Below, piece by piece: positions 26,492 through 36,414 of a stretch of DNA of 64,000 nucleotides; position 1 is the first letter of the stretch; each line of letters begins with the position of its first letter. The stretch covers positions 512,001 through 576,000 of the forward strand of contig CAVVLJ010000021.1 of NCBI GenBank assembly GCA_963749075.1, in the 5' to 3' direction. The notes beneath the pieces are model-generated. The model ran no database searches. It saw only the letters and a program-made list of their open reading frames with translations, and was not told the DNA's origin. This DNA comes from an uncultured Pseudomonadota bacterium (GTDB taxonomy: Bacteria > Pseudomonadota > Alphaproteobacteria > JACZXZ01). Made by a program: the position numbers and the translations under genes.

Positions 26492-27718
26492 TCAAGCGCC
26501 CTCGAACTGCAGGATGTTGAGCCCCGCGTTGGTGTCGGTCACGTACATGATGCCGTTCTTGTCGACGTAGCAGTCGCAGGACTGGATGACCTGCGGCCGG
26601 TTGGGCCGCGGGTCCATCATGCGCGCGGGCTTCTCCGGCACGTAATAGGCGACCTCGCGCGGCTGGAACGGGTTCTCGATGTCGTAGACGCGCACGCCCG
26701 CGTTGTAGTAGGTGGCGAAGATGTAGCGCGAGCTCTGGAACGCGCCGGGGCGGTTCTCGTGCAGATTATGCGGGCCGAAATTGCCGCCCTTGGCGCAGTA
26801 GTCGGCCTCCGACGGCTGCGGCATGGTGGCGAAGCTCACGGGATTGCCGGGCTCGCGCACGTCGAAGAGCCAGATGTAGCGCAGTCCCTGGCTGCAATTG
26901 GCGAAGGTGGCCTCGTCCGCCAGCACGAGGAGGTTGCGCTCGGGAAGCGGCAGCGGCGAATGGGTGCCGCCGCCGAAGGGCGGGTCGAGATTGCGGTGGC
27001 AGAGGAGTTTCGGTGCCGCCGGGTCGCTCACGTCGTGCACGGTCAAGCCGCCGTCGCGCCAGGCGCCATAGGCGAGGTTGCCGGCCACGAGCGCGTGGTG
27101 GAGGGCAAAGCGCCGGCCCTTGCGCCAAGTCGGCGTCTCGCCGCCGGCCCGCCACATGCCCGGCAGCCACCATTTACCGGCGACCGCGGGCTTCGTCGGA
27201 TCCTTGAGATCGACGGTGGCGAGGATATGGTCCGTGAAGTCGGCGAAGTGGGCGGAGATGTAGGCGTAGCGGCCGCCCGCGTACCAGATGCGATGGGGGC
27301 CGATGCCGTCGATCGGCATGAAGGAGATCTCGCGCGGCTCGGCGGGCTTGGAGATGTCGTAGAGGCGGAGGCCCGCGGTGAAGTCCCCGGCGCGCTCGCG
27401 GAGCTTGTCGGCGGGCGAGCTCGAGAAATAGTCCTGCTCGCTCAGCGCCTGCATGGTCCACACGCTGGGTAGGTTGGTGGCGATCAGGAGATCGTCGTGG
27501 GTTTGGAGGTGGATCGGCCGCGTGTTGGGCGGGCAGGGGAGGAAATTGACCGCCTTCGGACGCTTGGGGTCGCGCACGTCGAGCACGGTGATGCCCATGC
27601 TGAAGGAATTGCCGATGTAGGCGTAGCCGCGGTGGACCATGATCTGCACGCCATCGGCGCGCCCGCCCTGGTCCGAGTGGCTGATGAACTTGATGTTGCG
27701 CTGCGCGTCGGCGGCCAT
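26492..27718 (-). CDS. LVIVD-repeat (beta-propeller) protein
   Basis: Repeated GITVLDVRDP / GLRLYDISKP / GLTVHDVSDP / GVRVYDIENP units. Confidence 0.8.
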   Translation of the reverse strand: MAADAQRNIKFISHSDQGGRADGVQIMVHRGYAYIGNSFSMGITVLDVRDPKRPKAVNFLPCPPNTRPIHLQTHDDLLIATNLPSVWTMQALSEQDYFSSSPADKLRERAGDFTAGLRLYDISKPAEPREISFMPIDGIGPHRIWYAGGRYAYISAHFADFTDHILATVDLKDPTKPAVAGKWWLPGMWRAGGETPTWRKGRRFALHHALVAGNLAYGAWRDGGLTVHDVSDPAAPKLLCHRNLDPPFGGGTHSPLPLPERNLLVLADEATFANCSQGLRYIWLFDVREPGNPVSFATMPQPSEADYCAKGGNFGPHNLHENRPGAFQSSRYIFATYYNAGVRVYDIENPFQPREVAYYVPEKPARMMDPRPNRPQVIQSCDCYVDKNGIMYVTDTNAGLNILQFEGA

Positions 27719-27824
27719 TCTGCGTTTCCTCCACCTGCGGTTCATGCGTCCGGCCGTCCCGGATCGGCGCCGGATCGGCGCCGGATCGCGGCGGATGATA
27801 GCGGCTCGCCCGCCGGCCGGGAAG

Positions 27825-28610
27825 CTAGCGCGGCGCGTAGCGCCGGCGCATGTGCCGTCCCGCCATCGCGACGACGATTGCGCGCGGCGAGCGCTGGGCG
27901 AGGAAGGCGCCGAGGCGGTTGAGCGCGCCGACCACATGGACCGGCTTCTTCCCGAGCGCGGCCAGCCCCTCGCGCGCCACGCGCTCAGGCGAGGCGGCAT
28001 GGCCGGGCAGCTCGCCGCGGAAGCCGGCGCGCCCGAGGAATGACGTCGCGGTGACGCCGGGGCAGAGCGCCAGCACGTCGACCGGCTCGCCCTTGAGCTC
28101 GCCCGCGAGCGCCTCGGCGTAGAAGAGATCGAAGGCCTTGGTGGCGCAATAGGTGGCGAGATAGGGCACCGGCTGGAAGGAGGCGGTGCTGCCCACGATG
28201 ACGATGCCGGCGCGCCTGCCGTCCGCCGCGGCGCGCGCCAGCATGGCGGGCAGCAGTGCTCTGGTGAGCGTCACCACCGCCACCACGTTGACCTCCACCA
28301 TCTCGCGCTCGCGCTCTTCCGGGCCGTCGACGACGCGGCCGAAGTGCCCGAGCCCGGCATTGTTGACGAGAAGGTCGAGCGGAAGTGCCGCGGCAGCCGC
28401 AAGGAAATCGCGCCGCCCGCCCTCGCTCGCGAGGTCCGCCGCGACCGTCTCGACGCGCCGGCCGCCCGAGCCGAGCTCGGCCTTGGCCGCGGCGAGCTTG
28501 CCCTGGTCGCGCCCGCTGAGCAGGAGACTCGTCTCGCGCGGCAGGGCACGGGCGAAGGCGGCGCCGATGCCGCTCGTGGCACCGGTGATCGCGGCGAACT
28601 GGTAGGCCAT
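27825..28610 (-). CDS. Short-chain dehydrogenase/reductase
   Basis: ITGATSGIG, LVNNAG, YCATK (YxxxK) and LCPGVT motifs. Confidence 0.92.
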   Translation of the reverse strand: MAYQFAAITGATSGIGAAFARALPRETSLLLSGRDQGKLAAAKAELGSGGRRVETVAADLASEGGRRDFLAAAAALPLDLLVNNAGLGHFGRVVDGPEEREREMVEVNVVAVVTLTRALLPAMLARAAADGRRAGIVIVGSTASFQPVPYLATYCATKAFDLFYAEALAGELKGEPVDVLALCPGVTATSFLGRAGFRGELPGHAASPERVAREGLAALGKKPVHVVGALNRLGAFLAQRSPRAIVVAMAGRHMRRRYAPR

Positions 28611-28670
28611 GATGCAACGCCTCCTCGGGCGGGACGGAGAGCGCGAGTATAACCGCTCTTGCGGCATGTG

Positions 28671-28770
28671 CCCCCCACCCCAACCCTCCCCCTCAAGGGG
28701 GGAGGGGGAAGTTTTCGTGGCACCTTGCGCACTTGCCCTCCCCCCTTGAGGGGGAGGGTAGGGTGGGGGG
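28671..28770. repeat. REP-like inverted doublet, copy 2
   Basis: ccccccaccccaaccctccccctcaaggggggagggg ... ccctcccccttgagggggagggtagggtgggggg. Confidence 0.85.
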
Positions 28771-28827
28771 TATAACCGCAGCTCGACCATGGCGCGGCGT
28801 TAGCCTGCCGATAACGAGAAGGCGATC

Positions 28828-30036
28828 ATGACCGCATTCCCGACCCTCGACGATCTCGACGTGCGCGGCAGGCGCGTGCTGCTGCGCGCCGATCTCAATG
28901 TGCCGATGCAGGACGGCAAGGTGAGCGACGCGACGCGGCTCGAACGGCTGGCGCCCACCATCGCCGAGCTCGCGTCTAAGGGCGCGCGCGTGATCGTCCT
29001 CTCCCATTTCGGCCGCCCCAAAGGCAGGCCCGATCCGGCCTACTCGCTCGCAGCCATAGCCGAGCCGCTCGGCAAGGCGCTCGGCGGACGACGGGTGCGT
29101 TTTGCCGCCGATTGCGTCGGTCCGGCGGCGAAGGCGGCCGCCGCCTCGCTCAAGGACGGCGAGGTGGCGCTCCTCGAGAACCTGCGCTTCGATCCCCGCG
29201 AGGAGGCGAACGACGCCGGCTTCGCGAAAGAACTCGCGGCCCTGGGCGAGCTCTACGTGGACGACGCCTTCTCGTGCGCGCACCGCGCCCATGCCTCGGT
29301 CGAGGCGCTGGCGCATCTCCTGCCGGCCGCGGCCGGGCGGCTCATGGAGGCGGAGCTCAGCCATCTCGAGCGCGCGCTCGAGAAGCCGCGGCACCCGCTT
29401 GCCGCACTCGTCGGCGGCGCCAAGGTGTCGAGCAAGCTCGCCCTTCTCGGCAACCTGGTCGCCAAGGTGGACCTCCTCGTCATCGGCGGCGGCATGGCCA
29501 ATAGCTTCCTCGCCGCCAAGGGCATCGCGGTCGGCAAATCCATTTGCGAGCATGAGCTCGGCGATGTCGCCCGCGGCATCCTCGCCAAGGCGGCGGCGCG
29601 CAAATGCGCCGTCCTCCTGCCGGAGGACGTGGTCATAGCAGCCAGGCTTGCGGCCGGCGTCGCGTCCCGTGCCGTCGAGGTGGATGCCGTGCCGGCCGGT
29701 GCCATGATCCTCGACATCGGCCCGAGGACGGCCGCAGCGCTCGCCAAGCGCCTCGCCGGCTGCCGCACGCTCCTGTGGAACGGGCCGCTCGGCGCCTTCG
29801 AGACGCCGCCCTTCGATGCCGGCACCAACGAGGTGGCACGAGCGGCGGCGGCGCTCACCAGGTCGGGCAGCCTCGTCAGCATCGCGGGCGGCGGCGACAC
29901 GGTCGCGGCCCTTAATCACGCGGGCGTCGCTGGCGATTTCACCTATGTCTCGACCGCGGGTGGTGCCTTTCTCGAGTGGCTGGAGGGAAAGGAGCTGCCC
30001 GGCTTAGCCGCCCTCAAGGCCGCGGCCAAGGGCTGA
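28828..30036 (+). CDS. pgk: Phosphoglycerate kinase
   Basis: RADLNVP, SHFGRPKG, LLENLRF, DAFSCAHRAHAS, WNGPLGAFE and STAGGAFLEWLEG motifs. Confidence 0.97.
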   Translation: MTAFPTLDDLDVRGRRVLLRADLNVPMQDGKVSDATRLERLAPTIAELASKGARVIVLSHFGRPKGRPDPAYSLAAIAEPLGKALGGRRVRFAADCVGPAAKAAAASLKDGEVALLENLRFDPREEANDAGFAKELAALGELYVDDAFSCAHRAHASVEALAHLLPAAAGRLMEAELSHLERALEKPRHPLAALVGGAKVSSKLALLGNLVAKVDLLVIGGGMANSFLAAKGIAVGKSICEHELGDVARGILAKAAARKCAVLLPEDVVIAARLAAGVASRAVEVDAVPAGAMILDIGPRTAAALAKRLAGCRTLLWNGPLGAFETPPFDAGTNEVARAAAALTRSGSLVSIAGGGDTVAALNHAGVAGDFTYVSTAGGAFLEWLEGKELPGLAALKAAAKG

Positions 30037-30139
30037 GACCAAGGTCTGAGGCCTGCGATGTGCTATCGCCGGGGCTGGTCCGGCAGGGCGGCGCGCGCCA
30101 TATAATCGGGCACGCTCTTGCCCTCTTCACAGGCCCAGC

Positions 30140-31369
30140 ATGCGTCACCCCCTTGCAACGATCGCCGTCCTCGCTTCAGCACTTTCCCTTGCCGCCGGTG
30201 CCGCCCATGCCATCGAGGAGGTCGGCCAAAGCAACCAGGTCTCGCCTGCCCAGCTGCCGCCGCCCTATGCGACGCCCGCGGTCGCCAATCCGCCGCGCGT
30301 GGTGCGCCGCGCGCCCGACCAGCTGCCCCAGGTCCCGCCCGGCTTTCACGCCGCGCTCTTCGCGGGCGGGCTCAGCCACGCGCGCTGGCTCGCCGTGGCG
30401 CAGAACGGCAACGTCTTCCTGGCCGAGCCGGACGCGGGCAAAGTGACGCTGCTGCGCGACGAGCGCGGCGAGGGCAAGGCGAGCCTCGTCACCACCTTTG
30501 CCCAAGGCTTCGACCGGCCGCACGGCATGGCCTTCCACGGTGGTTATCTCTATGTCGCGGACGTGCGCCGCGTCTGGCGCATCCCCTATCGCGACGGCGA
30601 CAGCAAGGCGGCAGGCCCGCCCGAGCCGGTGACCGCACCCGGCGCCATCGGCACCGGCTCCGGCCACTGGACGCGCAACATCGTCTTCAGCCCGGACGGC
30701 GCCCGCTTCTTCGTCACCGTGGGCTCTGCCGACAATATCGGCGAGGACCCGCTGCCGCGCGCCAGCATCCAGGAGTTCAATGCCGACGGCAGCGGCCAGC
30801 GCACCTACGCCTCGGGCCTGCGCAACGCGGTCGGCATCGAGTTCCGTCCGGGCACGGGCGAGCTCTTCGTGGTGGTGAACGAGCGCGACGGCATGGGCGA
30901 CGAGCTGCCGCCCGACTATCTCACCCACCTCGTCGAGGGCGGCTTCTACGGCTGGCCCTATGCCTATCTCGGCCGCCATCCCCAACCGGGCTACGGCGAC
31001 AAGCGGCCCGATCTCGTGGCCAGGACCATCGCCCCCGATCTCCTTATTCGCACCCACTCGGCACCCTTGGGCCTCGCCTTCTATACGGGGAGCCAGTTCC
31101 CCGCACGCTATCGCGGCGGCGCCTTCGTGGCGCTTCACGGCTCGTGGAACGCGGCACGTCCGCGCGGCTACGAGGTCGTGCATGTGCCGTTCAAGGACGG
31201 CCGTCCGACCGGCGCTTACGAGAACTTCGCGGCCGGCTTCTGGTTCGCAGGGACCGAGCGCGCGGAAGTGTGGGGCCGCCCCGTCGGCCTCGCCATCGCC
31301 AAGGACGGCAGCCTGCTTATAGCCGACGACATGAGCCAGTCGGTGTGGCGGGTGAGCTACAAGCCCTGA
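30140..31369 (+). CDS. Sorbosone/PQQ-dependent sugar dehydrogenase family protein
   Basis: Signal peptide; HWTR, GLRNAVG, NERDGMGD, GFYGWPY, HSAPLG and HGSWN motifs. Confidence 0.88.
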   Translation: MRHPLATIAVLASALSLAAGAAHAIEEVGQSNQVSPAQLPPPYATPAVANPPRVVRRAPDQLPQVPPGFHAALFAGGLSHARWLAVAQNGNVFLAEPDAGKVTLLRDERGEGKASLVTTFAQGFDRPHGMAFHGGYLYVADVRRVWRIPYRDGDSKAAGPPEPVTAPGAIGTGSGHWTRNIVFSPDGARFFVTVGSADNIGEDPLPRASIQEFNADGSGQRTYASGLRNAVGIEFRPGTGELFVVVNERDGMGDELPPDYLTHLVEGGFYGWPYAYLGRHPQPGYGDKRPDLVARTIAPDLLIRTHSAPLGLAFYTGSQFPARYRGGAFVALHGSWNAARPRGYEVVHVPFKDGRPTGAYENFAAGFWFAGTERAEVWGRPVGLAIAKDGSLLIADDMSQSVWRVSYKP

Positions 31370-31461
31370 GTGCGGCGCGGGCCGGCCTCGCGTGACCGGG
31401 ATCACTGTATCGCCGGCGGGTTTGCTTGTAAGATCGAGGAGCGAATGATCGGGAGGCAACC

Positions 31462-33159
31462 ATGTGGTTGCATCGCTTGATCGGTCCTCGATTGCCACAA
31501 CCGCCTGGAGAGGCGGGACCGGCAGCGGCCGGGAGCGCATCCCGGCTGCGAGCGGGCGCTGCGGTTGCCGCCGCAGCTGCGGCATCTCCGCTCGTCGCCC
31601 TCGCGGTCGCGCTCCTGGTCTCTTTGCCGTCGGGCGGCCCATCCGTTGCCGCTACGCCGGAGCGGCGCATCGCGCTTGTCATCGGCAACAGCCAATATGT
31701 CAACGTGCCGCGGCTCGCCAACACGGCGAACGATGCGCGGCTTATCGGCGAGACTTTGCAGGGCCTCGGCTTTACGCTGGTGGGCGGCAAGGTGCTCGTC
31801 GACCTCGACCGGGCCGGCTTCCAGAAGGCCATCCGCAGCTTCGGCGACCAGCTCAGCAGTGCTGCGGTCGGTCTCTTCTATTACGGCGGTCACGGCCTGC
31901 AGGTGGACGGGGTCAACTATCTCGTCCCGGTCGAGGCCAACCCGTCGAAATCGTCTGATGTCGACTTCGAGCTGATCGATGCCAACCTCGTTCTCAAGGT
32001 GATGGAGGGGGCGAGCTCGAAACTCAACATGGTCATCCTGGACGCCTGCCGCAACAATCCGTTCGGCGGCCGCGGACTCCGCGAAATCGGCGGCGGCCTG
32101 GCGCAAATGAAGGCGCCGCGGGGAACGCTGATCTCTTACGCGACCCAGCCGGGCAACGTGGCGAGCGACGGCGGCATCGGGAGCCGTAACAGTCCCTATG
32201 CGACAGCCCTTGCCGAAACCTTGAAGACGCCCGGCCTTGGGCTCTTCGAGGTGTTCAACCGGGTGGGCCTGGCCGTCGATCGGCAGACGAAAGGCGTGCA
32301 GCAGCCATGGGTATCGAACTCTCCCATCGACGGGCAATTCTATTTCGCCGCCTTGCCGCCGCCGCCCGAAGAGGCCAAACCGGCCGCACCGGTGCCACCC
32401 GCCATCGATAAGGATGCCCTGTTCTGGCAGTCGATGAAGGACAGCAAAAACCCCGCGGACTTCGAGGCATACCTAAAGCAGTTTCCCAAGGGTGAATTTC
32501 AAGAATTGGCGCAGCATCGGCTGGAGGCATTGAAGGCGCAGCAGCAGGCCGCGCCGTCCGCGGCTTCGCCGGCGTCCGATCCGGAAATCTCGCTCTTGCA
32601 GTCGATCAAGGACAGTAACGAGGCGGCGGACTTCGAAGCGTAGCTGAAGCGGTTTCCGAATGGCGTCTTCGCGGCACTCGTCCGGGCACGGATCGAATCG
32701 CTTAACCAGGCAAAAGCCGCCGCAAATCGGGCCGCGCCCAGCGCCGCGCCACAGCAACAGACCGCCGTCGCCGGCTCGGTTCCGGCGGCCCCGGCTGCCG
32801 CACCTCAGCAGCAGGCCATGGTTCCTCCCAACGCGAACCTGCCGTCGGCGAGTGCCGATTCGACGGGCGGCCGTTTCAACGGAGACTGGAAGGGGCAGGC
32901 CGGCACCAACCACAAGGGGTGCCTCAAATTTCTGGACACCGAGATTCGCGTCGCCGGCAGCCATGCCTCCGGTCAAATGTCGTTTATCAGCGCCTACGGC
33001 AAGGTCCCTATTGCCGGAACAATCAGCGGCGACGGTTCCATGGCCGGAACGCTGGGAGGGGCGGTGTTTTCCGGTCGCTTTGAGGGCGACCATTTTAAGG
33101 GCGCTTGGCTCGGCGGGACCTGTGGGGGTGGTTTCGTCCAGCTCGATCGGGTCAAGTGA
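31462..33159 (+). pseudogene. Caspase-like (peptidase C14) protein with YL..FP repeats, interrupted by an in-frame TAG at 32641-32643
   Basis: RIALVIGNS.Y, FYYGGHG (His) and ILDACRNNP (Cys); repeat 1 DFEAYLKQFPKG, repeat 2 DFEA*LKRFPNG; the same frame stays open to 33159. Confidence 0.75.
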
Positions 33160-33162
33160 CGC

Positions 33163-33870
33163 ATGAGATGCATGGCCGCCAGCGGTTTGATTCTCGCGGG
33201 GGGCATGGCTCTCAACGCAGCTGCCTTCGCTGCCGATCCGGTGGCGCTCGTGGAGGACGTGTCGGACGCCGCCGCCGGCGTCGCCGCCTTCGATTATCTC
33301 CCGACCGGGAAGGTCGTCGAGCTCGGGCGCGACGGCCGCCTGGTCGTCGATTACCTGCGCTCGTGCGCGCACGAGACCATCGTGGGCGGCATCGTCACCA
33401 TCGGCATCGATCACAGCCTGGCGACGGGAGGCTCGTTCAAGAGCGAGAAGGTCGAGTGCCATGGCACAAGCTTCCGGCTCACGACCGAACAGGCGGCCAG
33501 GGCCGGAGTCCTCGTTCTCCGCGACATGCCGCTCAAGCAGGAAGCCGCCGACGGCGCCCGGCGGATCGATCAGACGATCTACGGCTCCTCGCCGCTCATC
33601 GACATGAGCGGCGCGCTTCGGCCCGAGCGCAGCGGCAAGGTCCGGCTCGTCGTCGAGCGCCTGGACGTGCCCGGCGAGCGCGTGGCCCTCGATATCGCAC
33701 CCGAAGCACTCGTGCGCGGCGCCTTCTACGACTTCGCCGCGGCCGGCCGCGCGCTTCAGCCGGATGGCATCTACCGTCTGGCCGTGGGCAAGATCAGCGT
33801 CGTCCTCAAGGTCGACCGCTTCGCCGCCGCCGGCCACGGCCCCGTGCTCGGCCGGCTCGTGCGGCTTTGA
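33163..33870 (+). CDS. Hypothetical secreted protein
   Basis: Signal peptide, host-like codon usage, immediately after the caspase-like gene. Confidence 0.7.
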   Translation: MRCMAASGLILAGGMALNAAAFAADPVALVEDVSDAAAGVAAFDYLPTGKVVELGRDGRLVVDYLRSCAHETIVGGIVTIGIDHSLATGGSFKSEKVECHGTSFRLTTEQAARAGVLVLRDMPLKQEAADGARRIDQTIYGSSPLIDMSGALRPERSGKVRLVVERLDVPGERVALDIAPEALVRGAFYDFAAAGRALQPDGIYRLAVGKISVVLKVDRFAAAGHGPVLGRLVRL

Positions 33871-33974
33871 GCGGTCGCCGCAACGGCGCCGGCCCGTAGC
33901 GGCCCTCGTCGCTGCGATGGGCCCGGCACTGCATGCCTTGTCTCCCATCCCTCGATGGTCCAGAGTCGCCGATC

Positions 33975-34535
33975 ATGTCGGACATGAACAGGCCCGAGGG
34001 AGTGCGGCCGAAGGGCCCGAGCGTGCGGGCGGTGCCGGAGGGCGACAACCGCGAGCGGCTCATGTGCCCCGACTGCGGCTTCGTCCATTACGACAATCCC
34101 AAGGTCGTGGTCGGCTCGGTGGTGCTGTGGCAGGAGCGCATCCTCCTCTGCAAGCGCGCGATCAACCCGCGGCTCGGCTATTGGACGCTGCCGGCGGGCT
34201 ATCTCGAGCTCAACGAGACGACGGGCGAGGGAGCCTTGCGCGAGGCCTTCGAGGAGGCGTGCGCCAGGATCGCGTTGGACGGCCTGCTCGCGGTCTACAA
34301 CATCCCGCGGCTCAGCCAGGTGCAGCTCATCTACCGCGCACGCCTCATCTCGCCCGAGGTGTCCGCCGGACACGAGACCGAGGCCGTCGGCCTCTTCGCC
34401 TGGGAGGAGATCCCGTGGCCGGACCTCGCCTTTCCCTCGGTCGGCTGGGCGCTCCACCATGCGCGGGAGGTGTGGGGGAGCGAGGTCTTCGCCGTGCGCG
34501 GCAATCCCGCGGGCGAGCGCGGCGACTTGCGCTGA
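33975..34535 (+). CDS. NUDIX hydrolase with N-terminal Zn ribbon
   Basis: CPDCGFVHYDNPK; Nudix box PAGYLELNETTGEGALREAFEE. Confidence 0.92.
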   Translation: MSDMNRPEGVRPKGPSVRAVPEGDNRERLMCPDCGFVHYDNPKVVVGSVVLWQERILLCKRAINPRLGYWTLPAGYLELNETTGEGALREAFEEACARIALDGLLAVYNIPRLSQVQLIYRARLISPEVSAGHETEAVGLFAWEEIPWPDLAFPSVGWALHHAREVWGSEVFAVRGNPAGERGDLR

Positions 34536-34538
34536 GCG

Positions 34539-35393
34539 TCAGCCGGCCGCCTCGAGGAGGATGATGCCGGCCGCGACGGTGGCGGCGGCGAGGATGCGGC
34601 GGCGTCCGAAAGGCTCGCCGAGGAAGAGGCTGCCGATCACGGCGGCGAAGATGACGCCCGTCTCGCGCAGTGCCGCCACCTGCGCCATGGCACCGAGCGA
34701 GAGCGCCCAGATCGCGATGCCGTAGCTCGCAAACGAGAGCAAGCCGCCGATCATCGGCACCAGCCAGTTGCTGTGGAAATAGGCGAGCAGATCGCGCCGC
34801 CGCCAGGCCCAAGTGGCGGCGATGAAGGGAATGCCGTCGATGGTGAAGAGCCAGGCGATGTAGCCGAGCGGTGCGCCGGAGCGGCGCACGCCGAGGCCGT
34901 CCACGACCGTGTAGGCGGTGATGGTGAGGGCGGTGAAGAGGGCCCAGAGGATCGAGCGGCGCTGCTCGCCGCGCGGCCGGCCGCGCTCAAAGGCGAGACT
35001 CGCCGTGCCGAGGGAGACGAGTGCGACGCCGATGAAGCCGCCTGGCGCCAGAAGCTCGCCCGCGGCGAGGGCCGAGACGAGCGCCACCAGCACGGGCGCC
35101 GAGCCGCGCGCCAAGGGATAGACCTGGCTCAGATCGCCGTAGCGATAGGCTTTGACGAGCCCCGTGTAGTAGCCGATGTGGATGAGCATCGAGCCCACGA
35201 GGAAGGGCCAGCTCGCGGGCGCCGGGGCGGGCAGCCAGAAAAGCGCCGCGGCGAGCGCCGGCAGCATCGGCCAGAAGGCCATGAAGGACATGGCGAGGAG
35301 GCGGTCGCCCGCACCCTTGACGAGGCCGTTCCAGCTCGCGTGCATGAGGGCTGCGGCCAGCACGAGGAGCGCTGCGGGAAGCTCGAGCGGCAT
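34539..35393 (-). CDS. EamA/DMT family transporter
   Basis: AALMHASWN, AYRYGDLSQVYPLARG, YTVVDG and ALRETGVIF motifs. Confidence 0.9.
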   Translation of the reverse strand: MPLELPAALLVLAAALMHASWNGLVKGAGDRLLAMSFMAFWPMLPALAAALFWLPAPAPASWPFLVGSMLIHIGYYTGLVKAYRYGDLSQVYPLARGSAPVLVALVSALAAGELLAPGGFIGVALVSLGTASLAFERGRPRGEQRRSILWALFTALTITAYTVVDGLGVRRSGAPLGYIAWLFTIDGIPFIAATWAWRRRDLLAYFHSNWLVPMIGGLLSFASYGIAIWALSLGAMAQVAALRETGVIFAAVIGSLFLGEPFGRRRILAAATVAAGIILLEAAG

Positions 35394-35489
35394 AGGCGAG
35401 GTCTGCTCCGCCGGAAGGACGCGTCACGAAACCGTCACGAGCCTTGTGGCGCCGAGCCTGGCCGGCGTCAAATCAAATGACGCCGGCGA

Positions 35490-35546
35490 TTGACACTGCG
35501 TCCGCGCCATCTTAGGTTAGCGTTGTGCACATGTGCACAACGCTAA
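35490..35546 (+). promoter_or_regulatory. Promoter and perfect 30-bp palindromic operator upstream of the MNT-HEPN module
   Basis: TTGACA at 35490, 17-bp spacer, TAGGTT at 35513; TTAGCGTTGTGCACATGTGCACAACGCTAA at 35517-35546. Confidence 0.7.
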
Positions 35547-35559
35547 TAGGCCCGCGAAT

Positions 35560-35994
35560 ATGGCCTTTTTGTCATTCCGCATTTCCGATGTGAGACGCAG
35601 GCGACTCAAGCGTTTGGCGGCCGAGCGCGGCGAGAGCGTGCAGGCGGTGATGGGTCGGCAGGTCGAGCGGCTCCTGAGAGAGGAGGATCACCAAGTGCCG
35701 ACGCTGGTCGGCGTCTTGCATGCGCTCCGCAGGCACAAGGCGGCGCTGCATGCGCGCGATGTGGCCAAGCTCTGGGTCTTCGGCTCGGTCGCGCGCGACG
35801 CGGCGCGGCCGGATAGCGACATCGACCTCATCGTGGAGTTCGCCCCGGACGCACGGGTGTCGTTGACCGGCTTCGCGCGGCTTGGCGAGGAGCTCTCGGA
35901 TATTGTCGATGCCCGCGTCGATCTCGCGGAGTGGCGCACCCTCAGCCCCCACGCGCGCGAGAGCGCCGAGCGCGATGCCGTGGCCGTGTTTTGA
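35560..35994 (+). CDS. Minimal nucleotidyltransferase (MNT) antitoxin with an N-terminal RHH-like DNA-binding domain
   Basis: FGSVARDAARPDSDIDL (GSx10DxD); N-terminal LSFRISD..RRRLKRLAAERGESV. Confidence 0.85.
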   Translation: MAFLSFRISDVRRRRLKRLAAERGESVQAVMGRQVERLLREEDHQVPTLVGVLHALRRHKAALHARDVAKLWVFGSVARDAARPDSDIDLIVEFAPDARVSLTGFARLGEELSDIVDARVDLAEWRTLSPHARESAERDAVAVF

Positions 35995-36365
35995 TGCCGC
36001 CTCGGCCGGCCGAGGATCGACTGCGCGATATCGTCTCGGCCATCGAGGACATCCAGGCATTCATGCGCGGAATGGCGCCCGAGACCTTCCTCGCCTTGCC
36101 GGCCAATGACCGCAGGACCTATCGCGCGCTCATGAACGCGATCGCCGAGATCGGGGAGGCCATCAAGGACCTGCCTGACGCACTCACCGCGCGCCACCCG
36201 GCGATCGACTGGCGCGGTTTCGCCGCCCTGCGCAATATCGTTGCACATCGGTACTTCATCGTCGATCTGCCGCGCCTCAGGCCGGTACTCATCGACGAGC
36301 TGCCCGCCCTCCTGCGGGTGGTCATGCGCGAGCTGGGCGGCGAACCGCCGCCGCAGAGCCAATAG
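35994..36365 (+). CDS. HEPN/DUF86 (HepT-like) RNase toxin
   Basis: IGEAIK.LP...IDWRGFAALRNIVAHRY (Rx4HxY); start overlaps the MNT stop. Confidence 0.88.
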   Translation: MPPRPAEDRLRDIVSAIEDIQAFMRGMAPETFLALPANDRRTYRALMNAIAEIGEAIKDLPDALTARHPAIDWRGFAALRNIVAHRYFIVDLPRLRPVLIDELPALLRVVMRELGGEPPPQSQ

Positions 36366-36414
36366 GGCGCTGACGGAAATAACACGGGGACCCAAGGAAA
36401 GCCGGCGTTACGGG

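Noticed and set aside
28828-30036. pgk without gap, tkt or fba neighbours
   Set aside because: Operon break-up is common and there is no sign of mobility or unusual sequence.
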